DNA of 64,000 nt from NCBI RefSeq assembly GCF_009914755.1, contig NC_060930.1; one strand, 5' to 3'. Within the stretch, counting starts at the first letter, position 1, and the number at the start of each line of letters is the position of its first letter. The stretch is from the human T2T-CHM13v2.0 reference genome, Homo sapiens. The notes under the pieces are model-generated. The model searched no databases and was not told the DNA's origin. It saw only the letters and a list, made by a program, of their open reading frames with translations. Shown piece after piece: positions 14,100 to 28,405 of this stretch. The translations under genes and the position numbers were made by a program.

Positions 14100-14870
14100 A
14101 CACCAAAGTTAATATTACCTGGATTTAAAATATAAACACAAAATATGAAACTTTAAAGACAGTAGAAGAAAACAGTTGTTGCTGATACATTCTTTAAATA
14201 ATGTGTTGGTTTAATGGCAAAGGTATTCCTAAAGTAAGAACAAAACCTAGATGTCACAAAAAGAAAAAAATGGTATTTTTTTGGTGTCTTCACATAAAAA
14301 GGAGAAAAGATTCTGCAAGGTCAGCAATACAATAAACAGCATCCAAATAGAAATAATGATCTGGAAAAAAAGAAGCTATTTTCAATTTATTTAATAAATT
14401 TTTCCTAATATGCAAATAGTTCTTTGGAATCAATGAAAAAAGACAATCAACCAGATAAATAGACAAAAGGATATAAATAAATCCACCAAAAAAGCATACA
14501 AATAGTTCTAAAGTCTATGAAAAGCAAGGAAACATCTAGGATAACTTGAAAAATGAAGACTAAAGCAATGATGGGATATTATTTTTACCTCTCAGGTAAA
14601 AGATCAAAAGCGTTAATGACAACATTGTTGCAGGTAGGAGGAAATAGGCAGTGTCATATATAACTAGCGGGAATATAAGTCAGTAAATCTGTACCAAATG
14701 TTTACATTTACATATCACTTGACTTAGCAATTCTATTTCTAGAAATACAACCTACACACATACTTTCATATGTGCAAAATGATATGTATACAATGCAGAA
14801 TTATTTCTAATATGCTGATTGAAAGTAATCTAAAAGTCCATCAGTAGGTGCGGTGAATTGTATTTGTTTA
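14100..14870 (+). mobile_element. Old L1ME ORF2/3' fragment
   Basis: A-rich degenerate L1, e.g. ttgacttagcaattctatttctagaaat. Confidence 0.6.
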
Positions 14871-14899
14871 AAATATATTATATATGCAAGACATGAACC

Positions 14900-15840
<941 letters not shown>

Positions 15841-15842
15841 TA

Positions 15843-17438
<1,596 letters not shown>

Positions 17439-18278
17439 CAATCTGTAGCAATTAACTTGTGCTAGTAACATTGTTTTGCATTGACCTACTCATTTGTTTC
17501 ACACCATGGACTGAATAACATATCTTTGCCTCATTGATTTGAGATGCTACCTTTATTAAATACTAAATTCCTATGTGACTTTGGGTCAATTCATGGATTT
17601 TGTATTCATTTCATTCGTCTGTGTCTGCTCAAGAACAACTTAATACTCTGTTTATTGTGACTTCATCATATATCTTTATATCTAATATACTAATTATTCC
17701 TCATTATTCTTCCTTTTCAGAATTTTTCTATTTCTGCTTATTAATTTATTCATATAAACTTTAGAATAAGCTTGACTTTCCCCCTCCCCACACACCACAA
17801 AAACCTATTGATATATTTATTGAGATTATGTTAAGTGTATAGGTAAATTTGGGGATAATTAATGTCTTTTGAGTTCCTCTAAAGAAGAATATGGCTTGAT
17901 TTTCTACATGATCAAATAAAATAAAATAATTAAGCAGTGCTGATCATAATTCTGAAAGATGCAATTTTGAACATGATAATCTGTAATTTCAATCATAATT
18001 TGGGTTGAAGTACCGAAGGATCAAAATCTCTAGTCTAAAATCTTGAAAATCACAATAAATCCCAAATGTTGAAACCCTGAAACCTGAATTCTGGGGAAGG
18101 TATGAATGAGTTTTCAGCTGTAAGCAGGGTTGTTGCATCATGTTAGTTGCATTATGTCAGGCAGAACTATTATTACCTTGTTTTTGTCTTTATTTGCATT
18201 TGGAGGGCAATTCAGATGACTGGATGGGCCATGTGATAAGGCAATGATGAAAGCTTCCTTTTAAAAATGCATTATTTC

Positions 18279-18597
<319 letters not shown>

Positions 18598-19651
18598 TCA
18601 GCTGGTGAAATTCCAGGAGCTTTTAATGAATTAAAGTCGCATTTCTCTGAAGAAGCCAGCAAAGTTACTGACTAGTTTAAAAATAATTATGTGCCTGGTA
18701 GGATAGGAAGACACTTATACAACAGTGTTGGGGTTCGATCAACAGTATAGTTCCCACCAAATTTGTAGTCTGTATATAAGTGCACGCGGAATGGACTTTG
18801 CATGCGCAAAGCAACCTAGAAGTGTGGTACAGAAGATGGGAAAACAATAGGGAATGCTTATGTTGTTGTATATTGAATCACAGAATGATTTCAAAAAGAG
18901 CAAGCACCATATAGAAAATGAAAGTGAACATATTCTCCAAGGAGAATCATCTGGATGCAAGACTTCAAAATAGAGCTAATGATAGTGAAAGCTGGCCAGC
19001 TCTTATGAACAGCCTATGTGCAATTATGCATAGTCTATCCCTCTAATTGCTTTTTCATATGGTAAATTTTCTTTTGAGTTTGTTTTTCTTCTTTTTTCTT
19101 TTTAAATTTTTGATTCCCAACTATTTTAAATTGACAGCATTATTTTTCACGATTTGCTATGCTATGTATTTCATCTTTACCTCATTTCCAATATTGGAGG
19201 TATAAATTGTGTAAAGACTTTTAGAGAGTTCTAATTCATTCTATGCATTTTTTATAAACTTGACTCCATGAAAGTACATTTGACTTCATGTGTAAGCCTC
19301 GTGTGTATATGTAAAAATATTGAAACTTTCTTAATAAATGAAGAAATGTCCTTTTAGTGCATCTGCTTTTGTAAAAGAGAAAACTGCTCAAGGGTTCGGC
19401 TCTTTGGGTGACTGCATATGCGGTGGCGAGTGATCACAGGTTTCTATTGTTCTTCTCAAAAGACGTGGGTTGTCCATCACAGCATTTCAGATTATTGCAG
19501 TTATAAAGCTGAGCGTACACAATTACCAGCCATAGTGATACATGATTTCTACATTTCACTTTTTCATCTATTTATGAATACACTCGTCTGCTCATAACTT
19601 ATACCCATGCAATTGTTCCTAGTATACCTAAGTGGGCTTGCAAAAACATAG

Positions 19652-20693
19652 TTTTTTATTATAATTTAAGTTCTGGGATACATGTGCAGAATGTGCAGGT
19701 TTGTTACATAGGTATATACGTGTCATGGTGGTTTGCTGCACCCAGCAACCCGTCATCTACATTAGGTATTTCTCCTAATGCTATCCCTCCCCAAGCCGCA
19801 CACCTCCCAACAGGCCCCAGTGTGTGATGTCCCCCTCCCTGTGTCCATATGTTCTCATTGTTCAAATCCCACTTATGAGTGAGAACATGCGGCATTTGGT
19901 TTTCTGTTCCTGTGTTAGTTTGCTGAGAATGATGGTTTCCAGCTTCTTCCATGTCCCTGAAAAGGACATGAACTCATCCTTTTTTATGGCTGCATAGTAT
20001 TCCATGGTGTATATGTGCCACATTTTCTTAATCTAGTCTATCATTGATGGGCATTTGGGTTGGTTCCAAGTCTTTGCTATTGTGAACAGTGCTGCAATAA
20101 ACACACATGTGCATGTGTCTTTATTGTAGAATGATTTATAATCCTTTAGGTATATACCCAGTAATGGGATTGCTGGGTCAAATGGTATTTCTGGTTCTAG
20201 ATCCTTGAGGAATCGCCACACTGTCTTCCACAATGGTTGAACTAATTTACATTCCTATCAACAGTGTAAAAGTGTTCCTATTTCTTCACATCCTCTCCAG
20301 CATCTGTTGTTTCCTGGCTTTTTAATGATCGCCATTCTAACTGGCGTAAGATGGTATCTCATTGTGATTTTGATTTGCATTTCTCTGATGACCAGTGATG
20401 ATGAGCGTTTTTTCATGTATCTGTTGGCTGTATACATGTCTTCTTTTGAGAAGTGTCTGTTCATATCCTTCGCCCACTCTTTGATGGGGTTGTTTTTTTC
20501 TTGTAAATTTGTTTAAGTTCTTTGTAGATTCTGGATATTAGTCCTTTGTCAGACAGATAGATTGCAAAAATTTTCACCTATTCTGTAAGTTGCCTGTTCA
20601 CTCTGATGATAGTTTCTTTTGTTGTGCAGAAGGTCTTTAGTTTAATTAGATCCCATTTGTCAATTTTGGCTTTTGTTGCCATTGCTTTAGGTG
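19652..20693 (-). mobile_element. L1PA (PA7/8-like) 3' ~1 kb inside Ricksha
   Basis: Antisense ORF2 C-terminus and 3' UTR; TSD core aaaaacat at 19642-19649 and 20694-20701. Confidence 0.92.
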
Positions 20694-21796
20694 AAAAACA
20701 TGTGTGTTTTATTGTCTATTTTATTGTGGAAAGTGGGCTCTGAAGTGTTCTGTTGTGTTTTTATAATGTTTCTCAAATGAGCCACCTTTTAAAAATGAAA
20801 ATAAAATATCTTTTAAATTATTTTTTCCAGAATTACATTTTAAGGATTTTGATTTTTCAGGATTTCAACCTTCAGAAATACAGTGTTCAGGGTTGTGTCT
20901 TTCAGGATTATGACTAAACCCATTATCAAGGAATGAATCTAACAACTAGGCAGGAGTAATATTAAAATATTTTTAAATGTATGAAAAAATGCAGAAGAAG
21001 TTTCCTCAGTTATATCCCAAGGCTTGTGAGGTGTGATTGTATGCCTTCACGTATCATTAAAATATAAAATGAAATTGAACCTGACGTTAGAAAACATTGC
21101 CACCCAGGATGAGATTCTATTGCAAGTTTACCATGAAAGGGCAAATGGATGAAAGATATACCTTTAAAAAGAAATATATTTATATCATAAAGAAAGAGGG
21201 GAAAAAAAGGGGGAACGCAGAGAGACACATAAAGTACACTCATTTTTGCAATGATTTTTCTGTCCTGGTTACTTATTATTGTTTCTGCTTCTTCTTTATG
21301 GTACTGGGGTATAACGTGTATTTGTAGGCCGTTTCTATTTCCCTGCACACAGATGAAATGTAAGTAGGGTCAGGCCATGCACAGTTGTCGATCTATCTCT
21401 GGTAACCCCTTTTTTTTTCTCCCCTTCCTCACCTTGGCAGCCCTTCTGCCTGCAAGAGCATTGTGGGGGGCAGGGTACTGTGAATGATGAGGAATAAGGC
21501 CCAAACCTTTCCTGTGAAATATGTGCTCAGTGTTTGAGTAAGCATTGATACTGATTATTAATAAGGGAGGACAATGAGATGAACAAAATTAGAAAATATT
21601 TTTCTCAGAAGCAACATGCACTAGCGACTAATAAATTTAGAGTCTAACTTCTCCAGAGTATAATGTTATACTTGTGTCATCAACTGTTAAAAATTTTCTT
21701 AGAACACCATTTATATGTATACATACATATATGTATGCTTAGGTATACTTAATTTAATAGACGATTGATCGTGTGGCATAGTCTCCTGCTTTCCAA

Positions 21797-22456
21797 CAAT
21801 ATAAAATATTGGCAACGGTGCTGAACAACTATAACACTCATAAAATTGTAGATATGTAAAATTGTACAATCACTTTAGAAAATAGTTGGACAATTATTAA
21901 TTTAACAATTGTTCATTGTTAATGACAATTGTTACTTTTAGTTATAAGATTAAATATGCACTTACAATTTGACCCAGCAATCCCACTTGTATATATTTAC
22001 CCAAGGGAAATGAAGGTAATAGATCAACATAAATTGTTGTATGGGCCAGACATGGTGGCTGAAACCTGTAATCCCAGCACTTTGGGAGTCTGAGATGAGA
22101 GGATAACTTGAGGCCAGGAATTTGAGACCAGCCTGAGCAACATGATTAGATCCCATCTCTTAAAAAATTAAACATTAGCCAAATGTGGTGGCACATGCCT
22201 GCAGTCCTATCTGTTCAGGAGGCTGAGGCAGAAGTACTGCTTGAGCCCAGGTCAAGGTTGCAGTGATCCATGATCATATCACTGCACTCCAGCCTGGGTA
22301 ACAGAGTGAGACCCTGTCTCAAAAAAAAAAAAAAAAAAAAAAGACTTGTATGCAATATTCGTAGATTTATTTGTAACAAAATCTAAAAGCAATCCAATGT
22401 TCATGAACAGGTGAAGGAACAAACAAATTCAGATATAACCATACAATGGAATACTA
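21797..22456 (+). mobile_element. Old L1M (MC/MD/ME-like) fragment, split by an Alu
   Basis: ttgacccagcaatcccactt...caggtgaaggaacaaacaaatt...ccatacaatggaatactac; ccaa at both ends. Confidence 0.75.
22044..22342 (+). mobile_element. AluJ
   Basis: Full Alu with polyA; short TSD ttgtatg. Confidence 0.93.
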
Positions 22457-23572
22457 CCAAGGAAGCAATACAATATTCTTAGCAAGACACCTGGAAAGGT
22501 AAGCAATAATGAGGACTTTGCACTCTATGGAAAAACCATGTTGTACAAATGCAAGATATTACATTCCTTGGTTTTAACCTATTCTCTTCCTTCAGGATCG
22601 CTGTCACTCATGGTCTACTTTGAATTACACTTACTGAAGATGCCAGCTAATTCTTTATAGTGCCTCAGTGCCTGTTTTAGTAGATGATCCCAGAACTAAG
22701 GTAAGTACTGTGTCAGACACAGTAAGAAGTATACCAAGTCCCAGGATATAGAGAGCTGACAATTTTGTATAGTAAACAGTACAAATGCAAAAAAATTTGA
22801 GAATTGTATTAGACCTTACAATAAACATTTCCAATGCCTGTTGCCTGCCTATGTTCAATAAAAACAACAAAGAAGAGATGAACTATAATAACTTAAGAAG
22901 TTAATTAAAACTTTACAATATGCTACATCTACTGGTCTTCTTCTGTTCTCATAATTGGCATGAAAGAACATGTGGTGGGAAAGCCAATGTACCCCATTAT
23001 GTCACTTTTCAGAGATCGGGGTTTTACTTTTGTTTTTCCTGCTTCTCTTGATAAACCATCATGGTGCTATCATATATTAAAATTTTTATCCTTTGCTAAA
23101 TTTATTCTGTCTCCAGCATGTAACAACATCTCATGTAAGTTATTTTAACCTCTAGTAAAAGATTTTATTTAACTTAGCTTTAATTTTTAGACCTAAAATC
23201 AGAATGTCAATTTTTCTCAAGCTTAGTGCAACTTTCCTACATTCCGTTAGCTCTTATTCACAGGATTTGATCACATGCTCATACTTATACTTTATAAGCT
23301 GAAAACCTCACTTGTAATTTGTCACATATTAAACTTTTTAATGAAAACTTTTAAACAAATCCACATAAATTTAGAGAATTTTGGAGGGGGTATAAATTTG
23401 TCATGATAAATCCACATTCTTGCTCCTGATTCCCTTACACACCTACTCATAGTAAGGCAGCAGGCCAGGGATGACAGTACAGATACTTAACTGTGGGAAA
23501 GCAAACTTAAATGCCTATCAAATGCCTGAGCATAGCAACATGGCCAGATAAAAGCATGTTTAATTTACTGAG

Positions 23573-24067
23573 TGTATTAGTCATGGTTCTTCAGAGAAAG
23601 AGAAACAATAGGTAAAAGAGAAAGAGAGAAGTGGATAGATGGATGGTTTGTTGGATAGATAGATAGATAGATAGACATAGATAGATAAAAAAGATTTATT
23701 ACAAGAAACTGGCTCATGTGATTATGGAGACTGAGAAGTCCCAGGATCTGCACTCAGCAAGCTGGAGACCCAGAGATGATGTGTAACTTCCAGTCTGAGT
23801 CTGCAGGCCAGAGAACCAGGAGAACCAGTAGTGGTAGCTCCATGCTTTAGCTCAAGCAGTCAGATGGATAACGTTCCCTCTTATTCAGGAGAGTCAGACT
23901 GTGTGTTATATTCAGAACTTCAACTAATGAAGGCTACCCACACAGGGAAGGCAGCCTGCTTTACTCAGTCTACCAAATCAAATGTTAATCTCACCCTCAT
24001 AGAAGAATGTCTGACCAAATATCTGGGCACTTCATGGCCTAGTCAAATTGACATATTAAATTGGCCA
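23573..24067 (-). mobile_element. MLT2-type ERVL LTR containing a (GATA)n microsatellite at ~23655-23686
   Basis: tgtattagtcatggttcttcagagaaa...ggctcatgtgattatggagactgagaagtccc...tagtcaaattgacatattaaa. Confidence 0.8.
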
Positions 24068-25029
24068 TTGCGCCCAAGTTAACTAACTACAAACTGTCCA
24101 GCCCAGAGGTTTCCAATCTGTGGGTCTAGATTTTTGATGTTGCTCTTCTGAGATTCTACATGATTAAGTTTTACCATGTTCTTTGAAAATTATAAAATTG
24201 TACTATATTATTGAGACGGATCTATTTCACTAACCAGAAATAAAGAAAAATCAGTGAGGTGATGAGTATTATACAGAAGACACCAATGGGCCAAGAGCCT
24301 GCCATCCCTTGTCTATTGTATGGAAAATTTCTAGCACTTCATTTGGGTCACCTTGGCCACCCAGATCCCCCGATATCTGCCACAACATGGTATGTAACAC
24401 TTGAAGAGCCAATGCTAAGTCCAGCTGTCCCCAACAACCCTGACTAGCTATAGCAATCGCTGGACCCTTCACACTCAATCAACATGCATCGTTACTGTTG
24501 TACCGTGGCCCAACATCCCAAGAAGTCTCCAAGGGCAATGTCTTTTCAGAGTGACCACTTAGGAACAGGGTATATGCAGAGAGTTACTAATATCAGCTCT
24601 TCCAGGCATCAGGACACTTTACAGATTTGGCTTGCGTAAAAGGTATGAAAATAAAATCCAAGGGAAAGAAAAAGATGCTTTTTGCTGACGACTATTTTTG
24701 GAGTTTTTAGAAAAGTGGTGTAACGTTTCACAGAATAGATTTCTGCACTAAGAAATGAAGCAAACTGCCCTTCAAAGAAAATGTGAGGATCCACCTTTCT
24801 CTATGTTGGGGGCTGTGGGGCAGTGAATTTCCTCCAGGCATAGCAATACCTGGGCAATTTTCCCACTGACTCACGGGACCTGCTGAAGCCGCCTCTTCAT
24901 GCTGTTGTCTCAGCAAACACCACAACACTTCCTGCACCCATCCCTCTTTGCACCTACCCCTTCCTTGGAGACACAAATAGACTTTGGATGGAAATAACTG
25001 AGGCAGTCCCACTAATTTATTTCACCTCC

Positions 25030-25250
25030 TCACTGAGCATTTATGGAACACTTACTAGTGCCAGGAATTTTACATGTATATTCTTAATTAAATTTCACAA
25101 TGCAACCACCTGTGGTGAGTTCTATTTTTCTTCCTTTTTACAGATGATGAAACCAAGGCTTCGAAACGTTGGCCAGCTCACCCAAAGTCACACAATTAGT
25201 GGAAAAGTTGGCTCTGAAAAACAGGTCTGTCCACCTTGGATTCCTGAACT
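25030..25250 (-). mobile_element. MIR
   Basis: tttacagatgatgaaaccaaggct...cccaaagtcacacaattagt. Confidence 0.7.
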
Positions 25251-25650
25251 TCTCATCATTTATCTTTAAATAATTGCTTAATGTCTCTTTTTTCACATTT
25301 AAAAATCACAAGACTTTAAGTATATGGTTTAAAGCAAACTTTACAAGAAGTCTTATGGCATTTCAGAGGTTGAAGTTCCCCTATTTGTGCATTGCATAAA
25401 AATAGTGTTTCTGAACCTATTGAATTAAAAAAAAAAAGTCCCTGTAAAGTTCTTATTTTGGTCCCAGAATGTAAATTTAAATTATCGCTTTTAGATTCTT
25501 AAAAAGAGTTCAAGCATTTGAGAACAAGGCAATGAAGGCCTTGAGTCTGTCTATCTTCTTTATTACTCTATCCAAGATAATAGGTATCATAAATATTAAA
25601 TGTATTAAGTCAAAATAAATTTGATTTAATTAGCTTCATTGAGAGTCAGT

Positions 25651-25788
25651 GGAGAGGACAGATGTAATTGGAAAAAGCTTGGTTTACCCAAGCTAAGCAC
25701 TAGTGATTCCCACCCCGAGGAGAGGACAGATGTAATTGGAAAAAGCTTGGTTTACCCAAGCTAAGCACTAGTGATTCCCACCCCGAGG
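25651..25788. repeat. Perfect tandem duplication, 2 x 68 bp
   Basis: 25651-25718 is identical to 25719-25786; gg junction microhomology. Confidence 0.97.
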
Positions 25789-25794
25789 GAGCAT

Positions 25795-25851
25795 ATAGAT
25801 TAACAAAATACATGGTCAAGTAATAGATTAACAAAATACATGGTCAAGTAA
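25795..25851. repeat. Perfect tandem duplication, 2 x 28 bp
   Basis: atagattaacaaaatacatggtcaagta at 25795-25822 and 25823-25850. Confidence 0.97.
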
Positions 25852-26199
25852 ACAATAACAGTGAAACTGCTTCACCTATAATGACAGGAATTGGGTTCTA
25901 ACAGGACTGTTGATGATTGGACTCATCCATGTCATCTCATTAGCCTAACAATGATCTTATCCTATATCCTACGAAATCAAATTCTGGTGATCCCACATAC
26001 AGTAATACAGCAGGGTTTTCCATATCACCAATATAATGGCTAAGAATTGGATCAGCAGTTGGCCAAGGGTGTACTGAGTACCTAAGACATGTCTGACCAT
26101 GGAGAACGTATATACATTGCACACACTCTGCCAATCCAACTCCATTCCCCATTTCTTCTCAGAATGCCCTTTTGTCTCTCCTTTTCTACCACGAGAAGC

Positions 26200-26410
26200 A
26201 AGTGCAGAGGTTAAAAACAGGAGACAACTGCTGGGTTCGAATCCATTATACCTGATCAATCAGCTAGTGATGTTGAGCAAGGTATTTCACCTCCCAAGCC
26301 TCATCTATGAGCCTAGAACAATTAATTCCTACCCCATAGGGTTGCTGTAAAGATTAAATGAGATAATGTATGCAGCGTGCTTCGCCAGTGACTGGCATAT
26401 AATAAATGCT
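26200..26410 (+). mobile_element. MIR
   Basis: ctgggttcgaatcc...catagggttgctgtaaagattaaatgagataat...ggcatataataaatgct. Confidence 0.75.
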
Positions 26411-27959
26411 TTTTAAAAAATTGCTTCCTGGAATATCCAATTGTCTCCTCTCCAGCTCTTCAAGTCCTGAGATTTTAACTTACTGAGACTTAAAGCCTGA
26501 ATCAAGTTCTCCTCCATAAAGCCTCCCTGCCGTTCCTGTGGGAATGGCATCCCTTAAATAGTCAACACCACACAGTTAAGTTTTGGATGATAGGCAACAC
26601 CTGAAAAAGAGGTGATGCTATGTGTGTGGGTTGGTGGAGCAGGGAGAGGGCAAACGGACGAACACTAATTCTACGGTGTTGCTTATGCTGGTATGAGTTG
26701 GCCAGCAGTGTCCCCAGAAGGGGACCAGAGACTATGTTTCTACCCTGTCCTCTTTCCTCCCCCAGTCTCTTACTTTGTAGCTATATAACCTAAGGTAAGG
26801 CCAGGCTTTGGTTGTTTTGTCTGTAAAATGGGCTGATTCTATTCTTCCTAGCTAAAGTCAGAAAGATGAACCAGATCCCAATGTAAGACCTCCTCTAGCT
26901 CCATCTTTGAGATTCTGCTGGCACATGTGGTCCTGAGTGTAGGAGGGTGCATCACCCTGAAGCCAAGTGACCTGCACATCTGGTCACTCTAGAGGCCTCC
27001 ATTCCCTCCAAGTGAACAGGACATGTTCTTGCTTCCCTCCGCCCATTCCAGAATCTGGAATCTCTCTCAAATCAGGCCATGGGCAAAAACTTGCTAGCAC
27101 CCAGGCTGCCAGCAGGGCAGTGCCCTGGACTCCCTGGTGTAAACACTGATGAGGAAGGATTGAAGTTTGGCTCTGCCCGTGCCTTTCTGTGCTATCTCCA
27201 GCCAAAGGCCTGGAGGCTTTCATCTGCTGAGCCAGGCAGTGTTAAACAACAACATTATTCTTCCTTCCTGCCTCAGCTCCACCCCTCCCTCTGGCCACTG
27301 TCTCAAAGGAAACAGCCAGTAAGGACTGGACAGTTGCTGCCATTTAGCTTCCTGTAAATGGGGAGGGTGCTGGGAGAGATGGCCAGATTCTCGGCTTCCT
27401 TTAACACTGACCGGGTGACTAATCCCAGGGAGAATTAAGAAAAGGGAAGAGCAGGGAATTGGAGACTTCTTTTGGCTGGAAAAGAGGGGCAGATTTCTGA
27501 TCAAAGAGCCCTAATCCAATCGGTAATCAGACAAAACCTGTCTGACTCCAGGTTCTCCCCTAAGCATTGCAGGAGAAGGACCCTGGCAAGAGTGACCACA
27601 GTCCAAGGCCAACTCTCTGCAGCAGTCCAAGGCCACTCTTCCAACAGTGGGAAGGCAGCTGTCCATGGCAGCCATTGTCAGGGTCACTACATACAGCCAT
27701 GGACATTGTGCTTTCCCAAGGGCACTGGCCCAGTCAGAGCTGAACAACCCAGCAAGTGTCTCCCACCCTTGCTAAGCTATGTGCTACATCTGCCCAGAGG
27801 GGATATCTTTTCCAATTTTCACAAAAGTTCCATAAAGCATGGGCCGCATGTGCGTTCATGTGTCTGTGCCTCACGATGACTATGCCCGGTAGTTTTGCAA
27901 ATAGAGGATCAGTAGCATCCTTATAGCCAACTGCCCTTCTACATCCTCTCAACACTATG

Positions 27960-28081
27960 ATTTATTTCTTCTTTCTTTCTTCCTCCTTTTCCTCTCCCTT
28001 CCCCAGTACATTCTCCTTTTCCTCTTCCCCTTTCCCTTCCTTGTCCTTTGACCCTCTCCTTTTCTCTTCCTCTTTGCCCCC
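27960..28081. repeat. Low-complexity polypyrimidine (C/T) tract
   Basis: About 120 bp almost entirely C/T. Confidence 0.8.
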
Positions 28082-28405
28082 AATCTGTTGTCACATGCTA
28101 GATGGCCAGCTTATCCCTAAATGCTCAGAAACACTCTGGAAGGAGAGGGGCAGGTAGCAGCAGAAGGAAGCCACAAAGAAAAAAGTGTTTGATACTCAGA
28201 ATACAATCATTTTCCTTTTTTCTAAAGTGTTGCCTTTCAGTAAGTGGCAGGTCATTTTGTGAGATGGCAGAAAATATCAAGAGGGTGGATTTTTAAAACT
28301 TTGACCAGAAAGAACTTGAAAAAGTTATTTAGCTCTCCCTTATACACATTTGTATGCACAAATGCACTGGTAGAGCTAAATTATGTTTTCCTTTTTAGTT
28401 GACTG

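Larger units (their letters stand above)
21353..26097 (+). pseudogene. Candidate unitary pseudogene of a five-exon secreted protein, long-chain four-helix cytokine-like. Exons 21353-21359, 21743-21796 plus 22461-22498, 22596-22700, 24238-24389, 25888-~26097
   Basis: ATGAAAT|gtaagt; cttag|GT; AAG|gtaagc; 97-nt intron with ttttaac branch and ctcttccttcag|; AAG|gtaagt; ctaaccag|...ATG|gtatgt; acag|GAATTGGGT. Exons 1-3 join in frame once the L1 is removed, with two TGA stops. Family assignment is by eye only. Confidence 0.45.

Noticed and set aside
21251-21359. Alternative longer first exon MIFLSWLLIIVSASSLWYWGITCICRPFLFPCTQMK
   Set aside because: In frame and hydrophobic, but T-rich DNA gives such peptides by chance and exon 2 already looks like a signal peptide. 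Kept only as a less favoured alternative. The 7-nt exon could also be an internal micro-exon, since an acceptor-like tract precedes it.
21743-21775. ILNLIDD resembling the myosin GILxLLDE motif
   Set aside because: No flanking myosin similarity in any neighbouring exon candidate.
22596-22700. In-frame TGA read as selenocysteine
   Set aside because: No SECIS or redox motif seen, and other lesions indicate decay.
25651-25851. CRISPR-like or VNTR array
   Set aside because: Only two abutting copies of each unit with no spacers, in eukaryotic DNA.
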